The translations under genes were made by a program, and so were the position numbers. Below the pieces are notes generated by a model. The model was not told the DNA's origin, did not search any database, and was given only the letters and a program-made list of their open reading frames with translations. Shown here in pieces: positions 48,330 through 57,906 of a stretch of 64,000 nt of DNA. Origin of the DNA: a virus (taxonomy: Duplodnaviria > Caudoviricetes); the IMG/VR virus record IMGVR_UViG_3300033069_000690, positions 26,493 through 90,492 of that record; one strand, 5' to 3'. The first letter of the stretch is position 1. Every line of letters begins with the position of its first letter.

Positions 48330-48429
48330 GTAGTTCTTTATATTGAGGATCTGACATTAGATCGTCATCCCATTCGAAGGGATCTCCTATGTAATCGTTT
48401 GTAATTTTCATTACAGTAAGTTAACATCA

Positions 48430-48846
48430 TTAAGATAATTGTGTTAGCTTATAAATCGTACTATTAAGTAGTTCTACTACGTTATCTATTTGGTTCTGTA
48501 TAAATGATTCAGAGCTAATTGATGCTCTCTCTGAACTCACATACGCTAAAACTTCTTTTAAGTAAGCAAGAGCTGACTTTGGATCTTCATTTATGGAGAA
48601 GGTTCCTGAGTACCCACCTAGGATACTTCCCTTACTACCTGTAAGAGACTCAGCAATACCATCAGCTAAATCAACGATACCATCATAGTATTCATTTAAA
48701 GCCTTATGAGCAGCATAGCTACCATTACCATTTACAGTTAAATGATGTACGTGTGCCTGTACTGCTGAGATTAGTAAATATGTGATGAAGGCCCCTTCTT
48801 TGGAGGAGCCTGACTTCATCTTATTTGATATTGATTTTGGTAACAT
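48430..48846 (-). CDS. Ferritin/Dps-like four-helix protein (DUF5856-like)
   Basis: HVHHL...SYAAHKALNEYYDGIVDLADGIAE...QNQID...TIYKL. Confidence 0.7.
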   Translation of the reverse strand: MLPKSISNKMKSGSSKEGAFITYLLISAVQAHVHHLTVNGNGSYAAHKALNEYYDGIVDLADGIAESLTGSKGSILGGYSGTFSINEDPKSALAYLKEVLAYVSSERASISSESFIQNQIDNVVELLNSTIYKLTQLS

Positions 48847-48847
48847 G

Positions 48848-49750
48848 TTATAAATCCATCGGGATTATGATTGGAAGGTTCCCGTTGTTTAGGATCACTC
48901 CACAAGAGATTATGCTTTTCTTTGTAAACGCTTTAGCGTAATCGAAACTATATTGTGCATCATCTATACCACACCCTACTTGCATTGCAAATATACGGTC
49001 TACGTCTGATACGTTCCAAGTGACAGAGGCACTAGTGTGGAGATGTCCACTTACTATGCTTTTTCTCCTGTTTAGAGCTCTTGCGTATGCAGCTCTGTCA
49101 CCTGACGTACCTGTACCATGAGTATAGATAACATTATCTATTTCGTATTCTAAGTCGAATTCCCAATTAGGGACTTCTAAGACTTCAGCTAAGCCTTTAA
49201 TCCATCTCTTAGAGAGACCTGAAGAATATGCTTTACGCTGAATAATCTGATCGTGGTTACCTAAACATACTTGTACTTTAGGAAACACTTTATACCAATC
49301 TTGTAATCTTTCGATTGCTGAGGCTAATTCGTCTCCAGCTGATCTACCATCAGGATTAGTTTCGTGATATGATGAATAGTTATTATCTATCACATCACCA
49401 ATGTGTATAACTGTACCGCAATTAAACTTTTCCTGTACAGCCCTACAATGCTCTAGGTAGCCTTTACGCTCAAATGGGATATGTGTATCACCAATGATGA
49501 GAACGTTGCTAGGATCGCCTTTAAATGGGGCAGGGAGGAACGTACGAGTACTAGGTTTAGCGTTAGTTTTCTTAACTGCTTCGATAGGTTTGAAGATAAT
49601 TGATTTAACTTCCTTAACTATGTCTGCTACGATAGCTACATCTATATCAAATCTAGATGATAATTTAGAGTAACTTGTCTTAAGATGTCCTGGGTTATCT
49701 ATAAGCCAAGACTTAAATTGTTTGATTTCGTTTAAATTGTTTTTTCTCAT
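48848..49750 (-). CDS. Calcineurin-like metallophosphoesterase with N-terminal HTH-like region
   Basis: GDTH, GDVIDN, GNHD, HG and GHLH, the five metal-binding motifs. Confidence 0.88.
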   Translation of the reverse strand: MRKNNLNEIKQFKSWLIDNPGHLKTSYSKLSSRFDIDVAIVADIVKEVKSIIFKPIEAVKKTNAKPSTRTFLPAPFKGDPSNVLIIGDTHIPFERKGYLEHCRAVQEKFNCGTVIHIGDVIDNNYSSYHETNPDGRSAGDELASAIERLQDWYKVFPKVQVCLGNHDQIIQRKAYSSGLSKRWIKGLAEVLEVPNWEFDLEYEIDNVIYTHGTGTSGDRAAYARALNRRKSIVSGHLHTSASVTWNVSDVDRIFAMQVGCGIDDAQYSFDYAKAFTKKSIISCGVILNNGNLPIIIPMDL

Positions 49751-49774
49751 GGTATCGAGGTTTTAAAGTTTATG

Positions 49775-49806
49775 CAAAGATACGAAATATTCTTCCGAAA
49801 TCCAAA
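49775..49806 (-). promoter_or_regulatory. Bacteroidota primary-sigma promoter upstream of the metallophosphoesterase
   Basis: TTTG, 20 nt spacer, TATCTTTG on the - strand, matching the -33 TTTG / -7 TAnnTTTG consensus. Confidence 0.75.
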
Positions 49807-49830
49807 TACTTTTTTGTAACTAATTGATAC

Positions 49831-50331
49831 TTAGGAGAAAAACTTTTTAATACGAAATACGAGGAATAACAGAAAGCCGATTGTAACAATAAAGCCAATC
49901 ACTGAGGAAGCTATCCCTATGGTTGAGCGCGGTTTAGGTACTTCCTTAACTATTTGCTTGTCCTTAATTGAGGTCGAGTCCCTAGTAATTACTGTCTTCT
50001 TTTCCTTATTAAATAATCTAATGGGAATAGTAGTAGATTTCCTAGTATTCTTTACTTTTAACTTACCATCTTTAACCTCTACCGTAACTGTAACATCGCC
50101 TACCGTAGTTTCTACAGGCTCCAGTTGTGCTACATTGTTGCTATCCACTGATACTACTACACCATCAATCACTGCTGTGTTCTCAGGGATAGTAATAGTA
50201 GTATCATACGGTATTAAATTCTCAGTAGTAGTTGTATCTGTACTTGTAGAAGTGTTACTGGTAACAAATTCTTTCTGTGTTTTGCACGATGTACTAAGTA
50301 TGATTAACATACCAACTAATAATTTATTCAC
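49831..50331 (-). CDS. Putative unimolecular spanin (u-spanin)
   Basis: Lipoprotein signal ending LSTSC (Cys16), Thr/Val beta-rich middle, single C-terminal transmembrane helix. Adjacent to the endolysin. Confidence 0.65.
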   Translation of the reverse strand: MNKLLVGMLIILSTSCKTQKEFVTSNTSTSTDTTTTENLIPYDTTITIPENTAVIDGVVVSVDSNNVAQLEPVETTVGDVTVTVEVKDGKLKVKNTRKSTTIPIRLFNKEKKTVITRDSTSIKDKQIVKEVPKPRSTIGIASSVIGFIVTIGFLLFLVFRIKKFFS

Positions 50332-50545
50332 TTGTTTCTATTTTAAAAGATTTCAACCAGAACTTAACTCCAATTAGGACTAATCCTACACTGAAGCTAA
50401 TCCAGTAAGTTTGTGTTTCTGTTAGATTAGGTGCATTAGCTATTCCCGTTTGTATAACAGGAATAAAGATTAAGCACATATCCCCCCAAAAGGATGCTTT
50501 GGGATTTGTTTTTTGTTGATAATATGGTAGCCTAGAAGCTTTCAC
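50324..50545 (-). CDS. Small two-TM protein, holin or antiholin candidate
   Basis: Two hydrophobic helices within the lysis cassette. Confidence 0.5.
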   Translation of the reverse strand: MKASRLPYYQQKTNPKASFWGDMCLIFIPVIQTGIANAPNLTETQTYWISFSVGLVLIGVKFWLKSFKIETSE

Positions 50546-50991
50546 GAGAAATAATATTTTAATTCTTTCTCTCTACGTAATGTTAAGCCCTTAACTGCTC
50601 GTCCTTTTACCTTATTCCAGCGTCTAAACTCATTAGCGATGTTCAAATCATCAGGGTTAGCATTGACTAACTTGCGTAAAGTTGATTTCTTATAAGCTTC
50701 TATACCCACATTATAAGTAAAAGAAACTAAAGCATCAAATTGTTGTTGTGTGATTGTGTCTACGGTAGCTGAATCTACCATTAACTCGTACTGTTCTAAA
50801 AGCATTCTTAAGATTTGTACTGCTCTTTCTTGCGTAATAGGCGGATCTTGAAGAGTAACTTTCTTCTTAGTATCAGGATAGTAAGTAAAACCATAACCAA
50901 TAGTGGGTATTCCGGCAGGACATAAATAGGGAGAAGCCTCGAATTCCTCGAACTCCTCCAGTAATTGAATTAACTTGTCACTTACTTTCAT
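50542..50991 (-). CDS. Endolysin, GH24 phage lysozyme
   Basis: E-x8-C-x5-T triad (FEEFEASPYLCPAGIPTIGYG), QQQFDALVSFTYNVG, GLTLRREKE. Confidence 0.92.
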   Translation of the reverse strand: MKVSDKLIQLLEEFEEFEASPYLCPAGIPTIGYGFTYYPDTKKKVTLQDPPITQERAVQILRMLLEQYELMVDSATVDTITQQQFDALVSFTYNVGIEAYKKSTLRKLVNANPDDLNIANEFRRWNKVKGRAVKGLTLRREKELKYYFS

Positions 50992-51215
50992 TTCTTTCCT
51001 AATTTTTTAATAGCCTTGACTATGCTTTTCTTAATGTAATTACCTGTAAATGTGTCTACAGCTACTGTAATAGTAGCAACATAGGCTAAAGCCTGTAGAA
51101 CTTGCATATAAGATAGGTTTAATTTTGGTAGGTAATAACTTATACAACATAAAAGTATAGTGGCTAATGAGCCATTTACGCTTTGCATATCTATAGTCGG
51201 TGTTGGTGAGTTCAT
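50988..51215 (-). CDS. Holin candidate
   Basis: 75 aa, two hydrophobic helices, Lys-rich C-terminus, directly upstream of the endolysin. Confidence 0.55.
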   Translation of the reverse strand: MNSPTPTIDMQSVNGSLATILLCCISYYLPKLNLSYMQVLQALAYVATITVAVDTFTGNYIKKSIVKAIKKLGKK

Positions 51216-51217
51216 TC

Positions 51218-51757
51218 TTAGCTAAAGATTTTTAGTGACATTGTATGTGGAGCACTACAGTCTCCACCAAAATAAGGTTTACAAATGTACCCTACACTTG
51301 GAGTAGCCGTATATGGTAAAGTTACCACATATTCCTTTCCTTCATAAAGAACATAAGCTTCCGCTGTGTTGTTCTCTACATCATGATTGAGTACAAATTC
51401 TATTGGTGTGTCGTATTTAAAGAACGTAGAGGCTTTACCAATACGTTTCATTTTTACTTTTCCGTTATTATGTACATATAACCATAACTGTACATCACCA
51501 TCATTAACTACTTTCCATCCTAAGCGGATTGAATCAGTCATGTGGTTACCATAACTAAAGCCAGATACCTTATTTAAATCTTGGGTACATACCGGATTAG
51601 TTAAAGTATATCTACATGATGGGTCAAATACTACTGTACGTGTGTACTTAGTAATCCCCAAGTGCGGGGTAGAGACTCCTAAACAGTAGTTCCACCCCTG
51701 AGGAATAGTATATGTAGTAAACGGTGCTTTCATTAAATTCACAATTGCCCTTCCCAT
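51218..51757 (-). CDS. Hypothetical beta-sandwich (lectin-like) protein
   Basis: The ATG at 51757 follows the upstream TAA and is preferred over 51820. Beta-strand and aromatic pattern NKVSGFSYG...SIRLGW. Confidence 0.5.
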   Translation of the reverse strand: MGRAIVNLMKAPFTTYTIPQGWNYCLGVSTPHLGITKYTRTVVFDPSCRYTLTNPVCTQDLNKVSGFSYGNHMTDSIRLGWKVVNDGDVQLWLYVHNNGKVKMKRIGKASTFFKYDTPIEFVLNHDVENNTAEAYVLYEGKEYVVTLPYTATPSVGYICKPYFGGDCSAPHTMSLKIFS

Positions 51758-51758
51758 A

Positions 51759-53447
51759 TTACCCACCTTGAGTATTAGTACCAAAGTAAACGATACGATT
51801 AGCTGTAGGTGTGTAATCATTAGTCCACATAGTCCAGTCAGTGAATGTACCAGAACCTGATACAGACGTTACATTAACCACTAATGCTCCTGTTGAAGAG
51901 TTATAGCTAGTAACTGTACCTGTCATTGACTTAGTAGAGTCTGAAGTAGCTTCAATTGTAATTGTTCTACCTGTACTGTAACCAGTAGCATTAACTGGAA
52001 TAGTAAAGTTTTTAGTTCCTGTACCAATACTATTAGATGTAGTAGATTTATAACCACTATACCAGATAGTACTATTGTCCCCTGTTGTCCATGCTCCTGT
52101 ACGCATTGTAGCATCAGAAGTAATACCATATACTACAGGAAGAATATTATGTTCTACAATCCAGCGAGAATGGTAATCTCCTTTTAATTTACACTCATTA
52201 GGAATATAACCAATACCTGAAAGTTTAATCTCTGGGTATCCATTATTTTGAGTAACTACTTCAATTAATGTACCATCATATTGTACATAAGGTTTCTCAA
52301 TAGTGTACATACCAGTAGTTCCTCTAATATAGAAGAATGCCCCACCAGCTGCATGTCGTCTTTCAATATGTGTAGACTTAATAGTACATTCTTTAACTGT
52401 ACCAGCTCCTCCATTATCAAAATAAACAGCATAAGTACCAGCAATACCTAATGGATTTGCAATAGATAAGTCTCCTTCCCAAATGTTATCATCAATAACA
52501 ATACCAGAAGCACCTATTACATAGATACCTTTACCAGAATTTATGTTACCGTATATACGGTTCTTAATTATTCTAGTGTGGTTAGAAGCACCATTAGCTG
52601 TAGTACCACCCCAATCAGATCCATAAGTAACTACGATAGCATCTCCTGTATGATTGACAATGTTATTATGATAGATATCTGTATTCATACAGAATCTAGC
52701 CTTAATTGCAGTATCCACATATTCAAAGTGATTATCGTAAATTCTAGAATTGTAACTTTCTCCTAATAAAATTGCAGCTTTACCAGATCCTGTAGCAACA
52801 GCTCCTTGCCCATTAAACAAGAAATTATGTATTATGAATCTACGTCTTTGCCAAGCAGAGGCTTCAGTAGAGTTAGCAGGTAATCTACTACCAAAATAAT
52901 CCATTGGTGTAGAAACAGAGCTATGATCATAAATAAATGCTCCATTACCATCAATACTATAATTAATATTACGAGTACTATTAGGAGTAAATAATCCTGG
53001 TAAATAACAAGTAGATGTTAGATAATAATCTTTACTCTCAAATACTATACTTTGGAAATTACGTCTTTCTTGCATTAGATAAAATGCGTATTTAATAGCA
53101 GCAGTATCATAAGTATCAGTTGTTAATACTAAATTTGCTACACCATAACGCGCATCTAATTGTGGTTGGGAGAATCCAAAGGATGCTAATGTTCCTTGTG
53201 AGGCTGTATTGATGGTTCCAAACCATCCTACACTTGCGGCTCCATAGTAAACACGTTCCCAGTATCCTGTTGTTGTTCCTGAAGGTTTTATCCTGAATCC
53301 AGGAATGTCAGTTATGCTAGTATTAGTAGCTTTAACCCATCTAAAGGTTCCTCCACCTGAAGATGTATTTGTGTCGAATGTTCCGACTGTATGCGTGTTA
53401 TACGCAGTAGCGGTTTTCAGGTCATAAAAAGTGTTAAAAAAAGCCAT
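51759..53447 (-). CDS. Tailspike / beta-helix polysaccharide-binding or depolymerase protein
   Basis: GGGTFRW tailspike N-domain, repeated I/V-x-N-N beta-helix rungs, C-terminal SIGTGTKNFT...GSGTFTDW module. Confidence 0.72.
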   Translation of the reverse strand: MAFFNTFYDLKTATAYNTHTVGTFDTNTSSGGGTFRWVKATNTSITDIPGFRIKPSGTTTGYWERVYYGAASVGWFGTINTASQGTLASFGFSQPQLDARYGVANLVLTTDTYDTAAIKYAFYLMQERRNFQSIVFESKDYYLTSTCYLPGLFTPNSTRNINYSIDGNGAFIYDHSSVSTPMDYFGSRLPANSTEASAWQRRRFIIHNFLFNGQGAVATGSGKAAILLGESYNSRIYDNHFEYVDTAIKARFCMNTDIYHNNIVNHTGDAIVVTYGSDWGGTTANGASNHTRIIKNRIYGNINSGKGIYVIGASGIVIDDNIWEGDLSIANPLGIAGTYAVYFDNGGAGTVKECTIKSTHIERRHAAGGAFFYIRGTTGMYTIEKPYVQYDGTLIEVVTQNNGYPEIKLSGIGYIPNECKLKGDYHSRWIVEHNILPVVYGITSDATMRTGAWTTGDNSTIWYSGYKSTTSNSIGTGTKNFTIPVNATGYSTGRTITIEATSDSTKSMTGTVTSYNSSTGALVVNVTSVSGSGTFTDWTMWTNDYTPTANRIVYFGTNTQGG

Positions 53448-53461
53448 TTGTTTTTTTTGTT

Positions 53462-55642
53462 TTAAGTTATTGTAAATGTAAATACTGTATTACATCCATT
53501 TGTATCAACTATTACATAGTTGTAATCACCAACTGCTAGCCCTGTAAAACTAAGTCCAGAACCAATAAGTGTTGAAAAATCAAAATTATAAAGATCTAAA
53601 GTTGGGTAAGTACCTGATCCTCCTCCAACAGAGAAAGATGCTGTACCATTGTTTAATCCTCCTGTAGTATTTCCTATTGTAGGAACAGCTGCAATAACAT
53701 CAGGTTCTAGTATAGTTATTGTATCCCCAATGAATTCACATCCCTCACCACCATTATCTATTACAGATAATTCATAGTCTCCTGCTGTTAAATTATTTAA
53801 TCCTGTATTTGGTATTGCTATGCCATTCAAGAAATAAACATAAGGACTAACACCACCAGTAACTGATAAAGAACTTATACGTCCGTCATTATTTCCATTA
53901 CAAATAATATTAGTAGACGTATAATTTATAGAAGTTATTGCAGGAGGATCTGTTATTATTACTGTATAAGGACTAGAAGTAGCATTTATACCATCTACAT
54001 ATATAGCAGTACCAATTACACTATAAGTACCTGCTGGTAAACCAGTGACTATTTCTAACCCACCAGCACTTGTAATAGTCTGTAATAAAGTTGCGCCATC
54101 ATAAATTTCATATATAATCGAATCTGCTGTAGTTTCAGGTACAATATCAATTCTACCATTAGATTCTCCAGTACAAATAGGTTTTATAGGAGTTAGTGTA
54201 AAGAACATACTTCGGGTTACAACTGTAACGGTATTGGAGTATACAGGACAATCTATTCCAGGTACTGTTACTAAAGCTACAAATTTACTTCCTGCTGTAC
54301 TATTAACGGTAGTGTCCTCATCTCCTGATACACCATATCCAATCCATTCTACAGTTGTTCCTACTGGGTAACCGCCACTATACATTCCAATGTCTTTTAC
54401 TTTCATTTCAATAGAATCTGGAGATGATACTATATATGGAGAAGTTATAGGAACTTCAGTAACAGCATCCACTACAATAGGAGTAGGAGATTCTGTTTCT
54501 AAAACAACATCAAAAGTAACAGTTTGTGAGATTGTACCTGTTGTAGCTGTAACTGTATATGATCCTACAGCATCTACTTCTGTGAAATATGTTGTATCGT
54601 CATTAAACCATAGATATTCATCATAAGCATCTGTAACTGATAATGTCACAGTTCCTCCTGGACAAAGCTTAACAGATTCTGTAGAAGCTAAAACAGGTAC
54701 AAAATGTACTGTTATAGTAGATTCTGTTAAACAAGTAAATGTAGGATCACTATTTATCTTAAATTTGATTAATAACTGATCGCCATCACTTAAGAAGTTA
54801 TTAGCAACATTAGTATAACTATTAGTATTACCAGCTAATACTACGCTTGTATCTACATTAGTAATAGACTCTATGGTAAAATTAGTGTTTAAGTTCTTAA
54901 TAGTGATCGTATCTGTATCAAACATGTAAACATCACTTGTTAAAGCTCTATCTACCCCATCACTTGATACATTAATATATCCAAAACTATTGAAGTTTAG
55001 AGCTGAAACAGGATCTTTAATAGTCCTAACTAGCTCTGTATATGTAGTATCTCCTTGTTTACAATAAACACGTACTCTAACAGATACGTATGCTCCTGTA
55101 TCAACAGGTGTAGATAGTATTGAAGAATGCTCATTAGGGATATTATCCCATACTACATCATCCTCAGATACCGCATATTCATAGAAATATTGTGTATATG
55201 GTACGTTATTATTATTACTAGCTACAAAAGCTTTGAATGTATTCGAATCTTGATCAAAACATACAGCAAACTCCATATTAGTAAGATTACATAATATGGT
55301 AGTAGGTATAGGTAATGATGGTTTTTCCATGCTTAATACTTGTCTAGAAGAACAGCAACCACATAATAGGTTTAATTCCTCTACTACAGCCTGTAAATTT
55401 ACATTATCTATACATTGGTCCTCTAATGTCATAGTGTAGTTATTCACATCAAATGTATATCCTACTGGTCTATATGACTCTAGTATTCCTAATATACCTA
55501 ATAGGTACTCATTCTCTAAGTCTAAATTAGCAATACCTGGACGATTAAATGCCTCTGCGACTACTTGTTTATAGCCTTTATCTCCTAAGCAGCATTGTGC
55601 TAGAAGAGCCATATTAGCGACTTGTGCGTATGTATATGTCAT
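53462..55642 (-). CDS. Tail-associated protein with Ig-like domains and three SprB-like repeats
   Basis: CTGESNGRI, CNGNNDGRI...VTGGVSPYVY...NLTAGDY, NNGTASF...GGSG.Y...GLAVGDY...DTNGC. Cys-rich N-terminus. Confidence 0.7.
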   Translation of the reverse strand: MTYTYAQVANMALLAQCCLGDKGYKQVVAEAFNRPGIANLDLENEYLLGILGILESYRPVGYTFDVNNYTMTLEDQCIDNVNLQAVVEELNLLCGCCSSRQVLSMEKPSLPIPTTILCNLTNMEFAVCFDQDSNTFKAFVASNNNNVPYTQYFYEYAVSEDDVVWDNIPNEHSSILSTPVDTGAYVSVRVRVYCKQGDTTYTELVRTIKDPVSALNFNSFGYINVSSDGVDRALTSDVYMFDTDTITIKNLNTNFTIESITNVDTSVVLAGNTNSYTNVANNFLSDGDQLLIKFKINSDPTFTCLTESTITVHFVPVLASTESVKLCPGGTVTLSVTDAYDEYLWFNDDTTYFTEVDAVGSYTVTATTGTISQTVTFDVVLETESPTPIVVDAVTEVPITSPYIVSSPDSIEMKVKDIGMYSGGYPVGTTVEWIGYGVSGDEDTTVNSTAGSKFVALVTVPGIDCPVYSNTVTVVTRSMFFTLTPIKPICTGESNGRIDIVPETTADSIIYEIYDGATLLQTITSAGGLEIVTGLPAGTYSVIGTAIYVDGINATSSPYTVIITDPPAITSINYTSTNIICNGNNDGRISSLSVTGGVSPYVYFLNGIAIPNTGLNNLTAGDYELSVIDNGGEGCEFIGDTITILEPDVIAAVPTIGNTTGGLNNGTASFSVGGGSGTYPTLDLYNFDFSTLIGSGLSFTGLAVGDYNYVIVDTNGCNTVFTFTIT

Positions 55643-56835
55643 TATACTAATCTATATGATGTATCGAATGTAATTGTGCAGGGACCAACTAAAGGAGTTA
55701 AAGAACCTAGTAATGTTATATTACCAGCATTATCTATTTGAAATAATATAGTCTCTCCCGTAGTTAAATTGATTCCTTTGATATAAGGATTTGCTGAAGG
55801 TGCTATAGATGGTAACATAACAGCACATAAAGCATCTAAGGATAAGGCTCCAGCACTTAAATAAATTAAAGAACCTGTTAAATGTACCTCATATCCTATT
55901 ACTCTACCCAGTAGTCCTGCTCCTGTAAATGTTACTCCAGGAGTTGATACTGCTACTAAAGGTGAAGCAGAAGGTATATAGAAGTTAGCACCATGAGCAG
56001 TAACCCATGCAGATCCGTTATATTGGTAGAATACTCCATTACTACGTCTTAAGTAAACATCCCCAGTAGCAGCAGCTGCTGAAGGTGCACCATTACCTGA
56101 TGTAAATACACCAGGAGCTAAAAATGTAGAACTACCGCCTCCTCCACCGCTAGTACCTCCTACAGGAATAAATCCTGATATGTATACTTTAGTAGAACCA
56201 GGTGTAAAAGATGAGGCTACAACAGGATTAATAACTACTGAGCTACTAACAAATTGCATATAAGCTACTCCACCAGGAACAGTTGTAGGATCAGCACTAA
56301 ATGCTGTTTGTGTACTATCCCAATAACCTGCATAAACATAACAAGATTGTCCTGAAGACCCTGGATTACCCTGTGGTCCTTGTATACCTTGAGCACCAGT
56401 TGCTCCTGTTGCCCCAGTGGCTCCGGTTGCTCCTGTACTTCCAGTAGCACCAGTTGGTCCCGCTGGACCTGCTGGGCCTTGTAATGAGCCCATATCTACC
56501 CATCCTGCTCCATTAGCAGCACTAGAAGTAGGATCATATATCCAGAAATGTGCAGTATCTTGTACTATATAAGCATCTAAGACAGCAGGAGTAGGATGTG
56601 CTATTAACATAGCAGCATAACTAGCTTCTACACCTAATGCAGAAATAGACTCACCAGGAGGACCTTGAGGGCCTGGAGCTCCTTGTGGTCCTGTCGCGCC
56701 TGTTGCACCCGTTGCTCCGGTTACACCATCAGCACCTGGAGGCCCTTGAGGACCAACTGGGCCTGTATAAGTGATGTTCTGTCCACCACCTAATTGTATT
56801 ACTTCATCGCAGCATCCCATTAGCAGTTCAAACAA
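55642..56835 (-). CDS. Collagen-like fibre protein
   Basis: Two Gly-X-Y runs of about 13 and 15 triplets, followed by a C-terminal beta domain. Confidence 0.82.
   Translation of the reverse strand: MFELLMGCCDEVIQLGGGQNITYTGPVGPQGPPGADGVTGATGATGATGPQGAPGPQGPPGESISALGVEASYAAMLIAHPTPAVLDAYIVQDTAHFWIYDPTSSAANGAGWVDMGSLQGPAGPAGPTGATGSTGATGATGATGATGAQGIQGPQGNPGSSGQSCYVYAGYWDSTQTAFSADPTTVPGGVAYMQFVSSSVVINPVVASSFTPGSTKVYISGFIPVGGTSGGGGGSSTFLAPGVFTSGNGAPSAAAATGDVYLRRSNGVFYQYNGSAWVTAHGANFYIPSASPLVAVSTPGVTFTGAGLLGRVIGYEVHLTGSLIYLSAGALSLDALCAVMLPSIAPSANPYIKGINLTTGETILFQIDNAGNITLLGSLTPLVGPCTITFDTSYRLV
56344..56763 (-). repeat. Two Gly-X-Y collagen tracts
   Basis: GPVGPQGPPGADGVTGATGAT... (about 56647-56763) and GPAGPAGPTGATGSTGAT... 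(about 56344-56478). Confidence 0.85.
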
Positions 56836-57425
56836 TTTTGAGTTTTAATAATCCATTGTGCTTTAGCTAAAAGTTCTTTAGCTTTATCAGGCATGTCACA
56901 CGCAGCAGCCATTTTAGCTTCTAAAATAGCCCTGTAAGCTTCATTTGCCTTCTGTTTTTTACCTGTTTTACAACTAGAACAAGACGATTTAATAGCGTCT
57001 AAATACAGATTCTTAACCCCACAGTCAGCTTGACAAGTAAATAAGTAAGAAGAAGTATTAGACACAGTTTCATCACTACCATTAAAGGTAAAGCCTACTG
57101 TCCAGGTAATCTCGTAGATACCGTCTAACAGCTTATCAGTTGATGATAAGCCTAGGTCATCTGCATATATAATAAAAATATCCGTATTACTTGTGGAAGG
57201 AATCGGATATGTACTATCAATGGTATAAGTTAATCCGCTTGGGTCTACAATAGTAAACGTAGAAGAAGTAACATCTGTTGTACTTGGGTTGTTTGTTGAA
57301 GAACTATCCCACCCATAAGGATTAGTAGATGCGTTGTATATACCTGTAGTGTCAGTCACTTCTAACCATTTACAGGTACAAGACGACTCACATATATTTA
57401 GGTTCAGTTTTAAATTTGCAGCCAT
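56820..57425 (-). CDS. Cys-rich tail hub / fibre-attachment protein
   Basis: DTTGIYN...NPYGW, DGIYEI, CQADC, CSSC, CLNC. First gene after the capsid-operon terminator. Confidence 0.55.
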   Translation of the reverse strand: MAANLKLNLNICESSCTCKWLEVTDTTGIYNASTNPYGWDSSSTNNPSTTDVTSSTFTIVDPSGLTYTIDSTYPIPSTSNTDIFIIYADDLGLSSTDKLLDGIYEITWTVGFTFNGSDETVSNTSSYLFTCQADCGVKNLYLDAIKSSCSSCKTGKKQKANEAYRAILEAKMAAACDMPDKAKELLAKAQWIIKTQNCLNC

Positions 57426-57441
57426 TTAGCGTCATCTTTAT

Positions 57442-57479
57442 AAAAATAAAGGGAGGGGCAGATCTTGCCCACCCCCTTT
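57442..57479 (-). terminator. Probable terminator after the capsid operon
   Basis: On the - strand, AAAGGGGGTGGGCA-AGATC-TGCCCCTCCCTTT followed by ATTTTT (imperfect stem). Confidence 0.65.
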
Positions 57480-57498
57480 AGTATGTTGGTTTGGTTGG

Positions 57499-57885
57499 TT
57501 ACTTAATAATATATTCTACGAATATATCCATTACACCAGCTGTTAAAGCTGCAACTGCAACAGTAATTCCAATAGGAGCATTACTAGTTGTTTTGATTGC
57601 TGTAGCGGAACTTGCTAATGTTAATTTACCTTTTAAAGTAGCGTTGATACCCAAACTTGATAAGGTAGCAGCAGTTACTAATGTAGCACCACCGCCTGTT
57701 ACTGCAACTGTAGCAGAACCACCACTAGTAAAAGCAGTAGTACAATCTACGAATACCCCCGTAACGATAGCTCCCACTGGGAGAATATCAGATAGAGATA
57801 AAGTTACTGCACCTACCGCGCCACCATCAGTAGCGAAGCTATAAGAAGCACGTGCGATTTGTTGTCTTTGTGAACGATTCGGCAT
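57499..57885 (-). CDS. Small structural protein (capsid decoration / head fibre-like)
   Basis: Ala/Thr/Gly/Val-rich beta protein in the capsid operon. Confidence 0.55.
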   Translation of the reverse strand: MPNRSQRQQIARASYSFATDGGAVGAVTLSLSDILPVGAIVTGVFVDCTTAFTSGGSATVAVTGGGATLVTAATLSSLGINATLKGKLTLASSATAIKTTSNAPIGITVAVAALTAGVMDIFVEYIIK

Positions 57886-57906
57886 GATTATTTCTTAATT
57901 AATTGA

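Noticed and set aside
51758-51820. Start at 51820 for the 200-aa ORF
   Set aside because: It overlaps the tailspike by 62 nt. The ATG at 51757, right after the upstream TAA, fits the genome's tight-coupling pattern.
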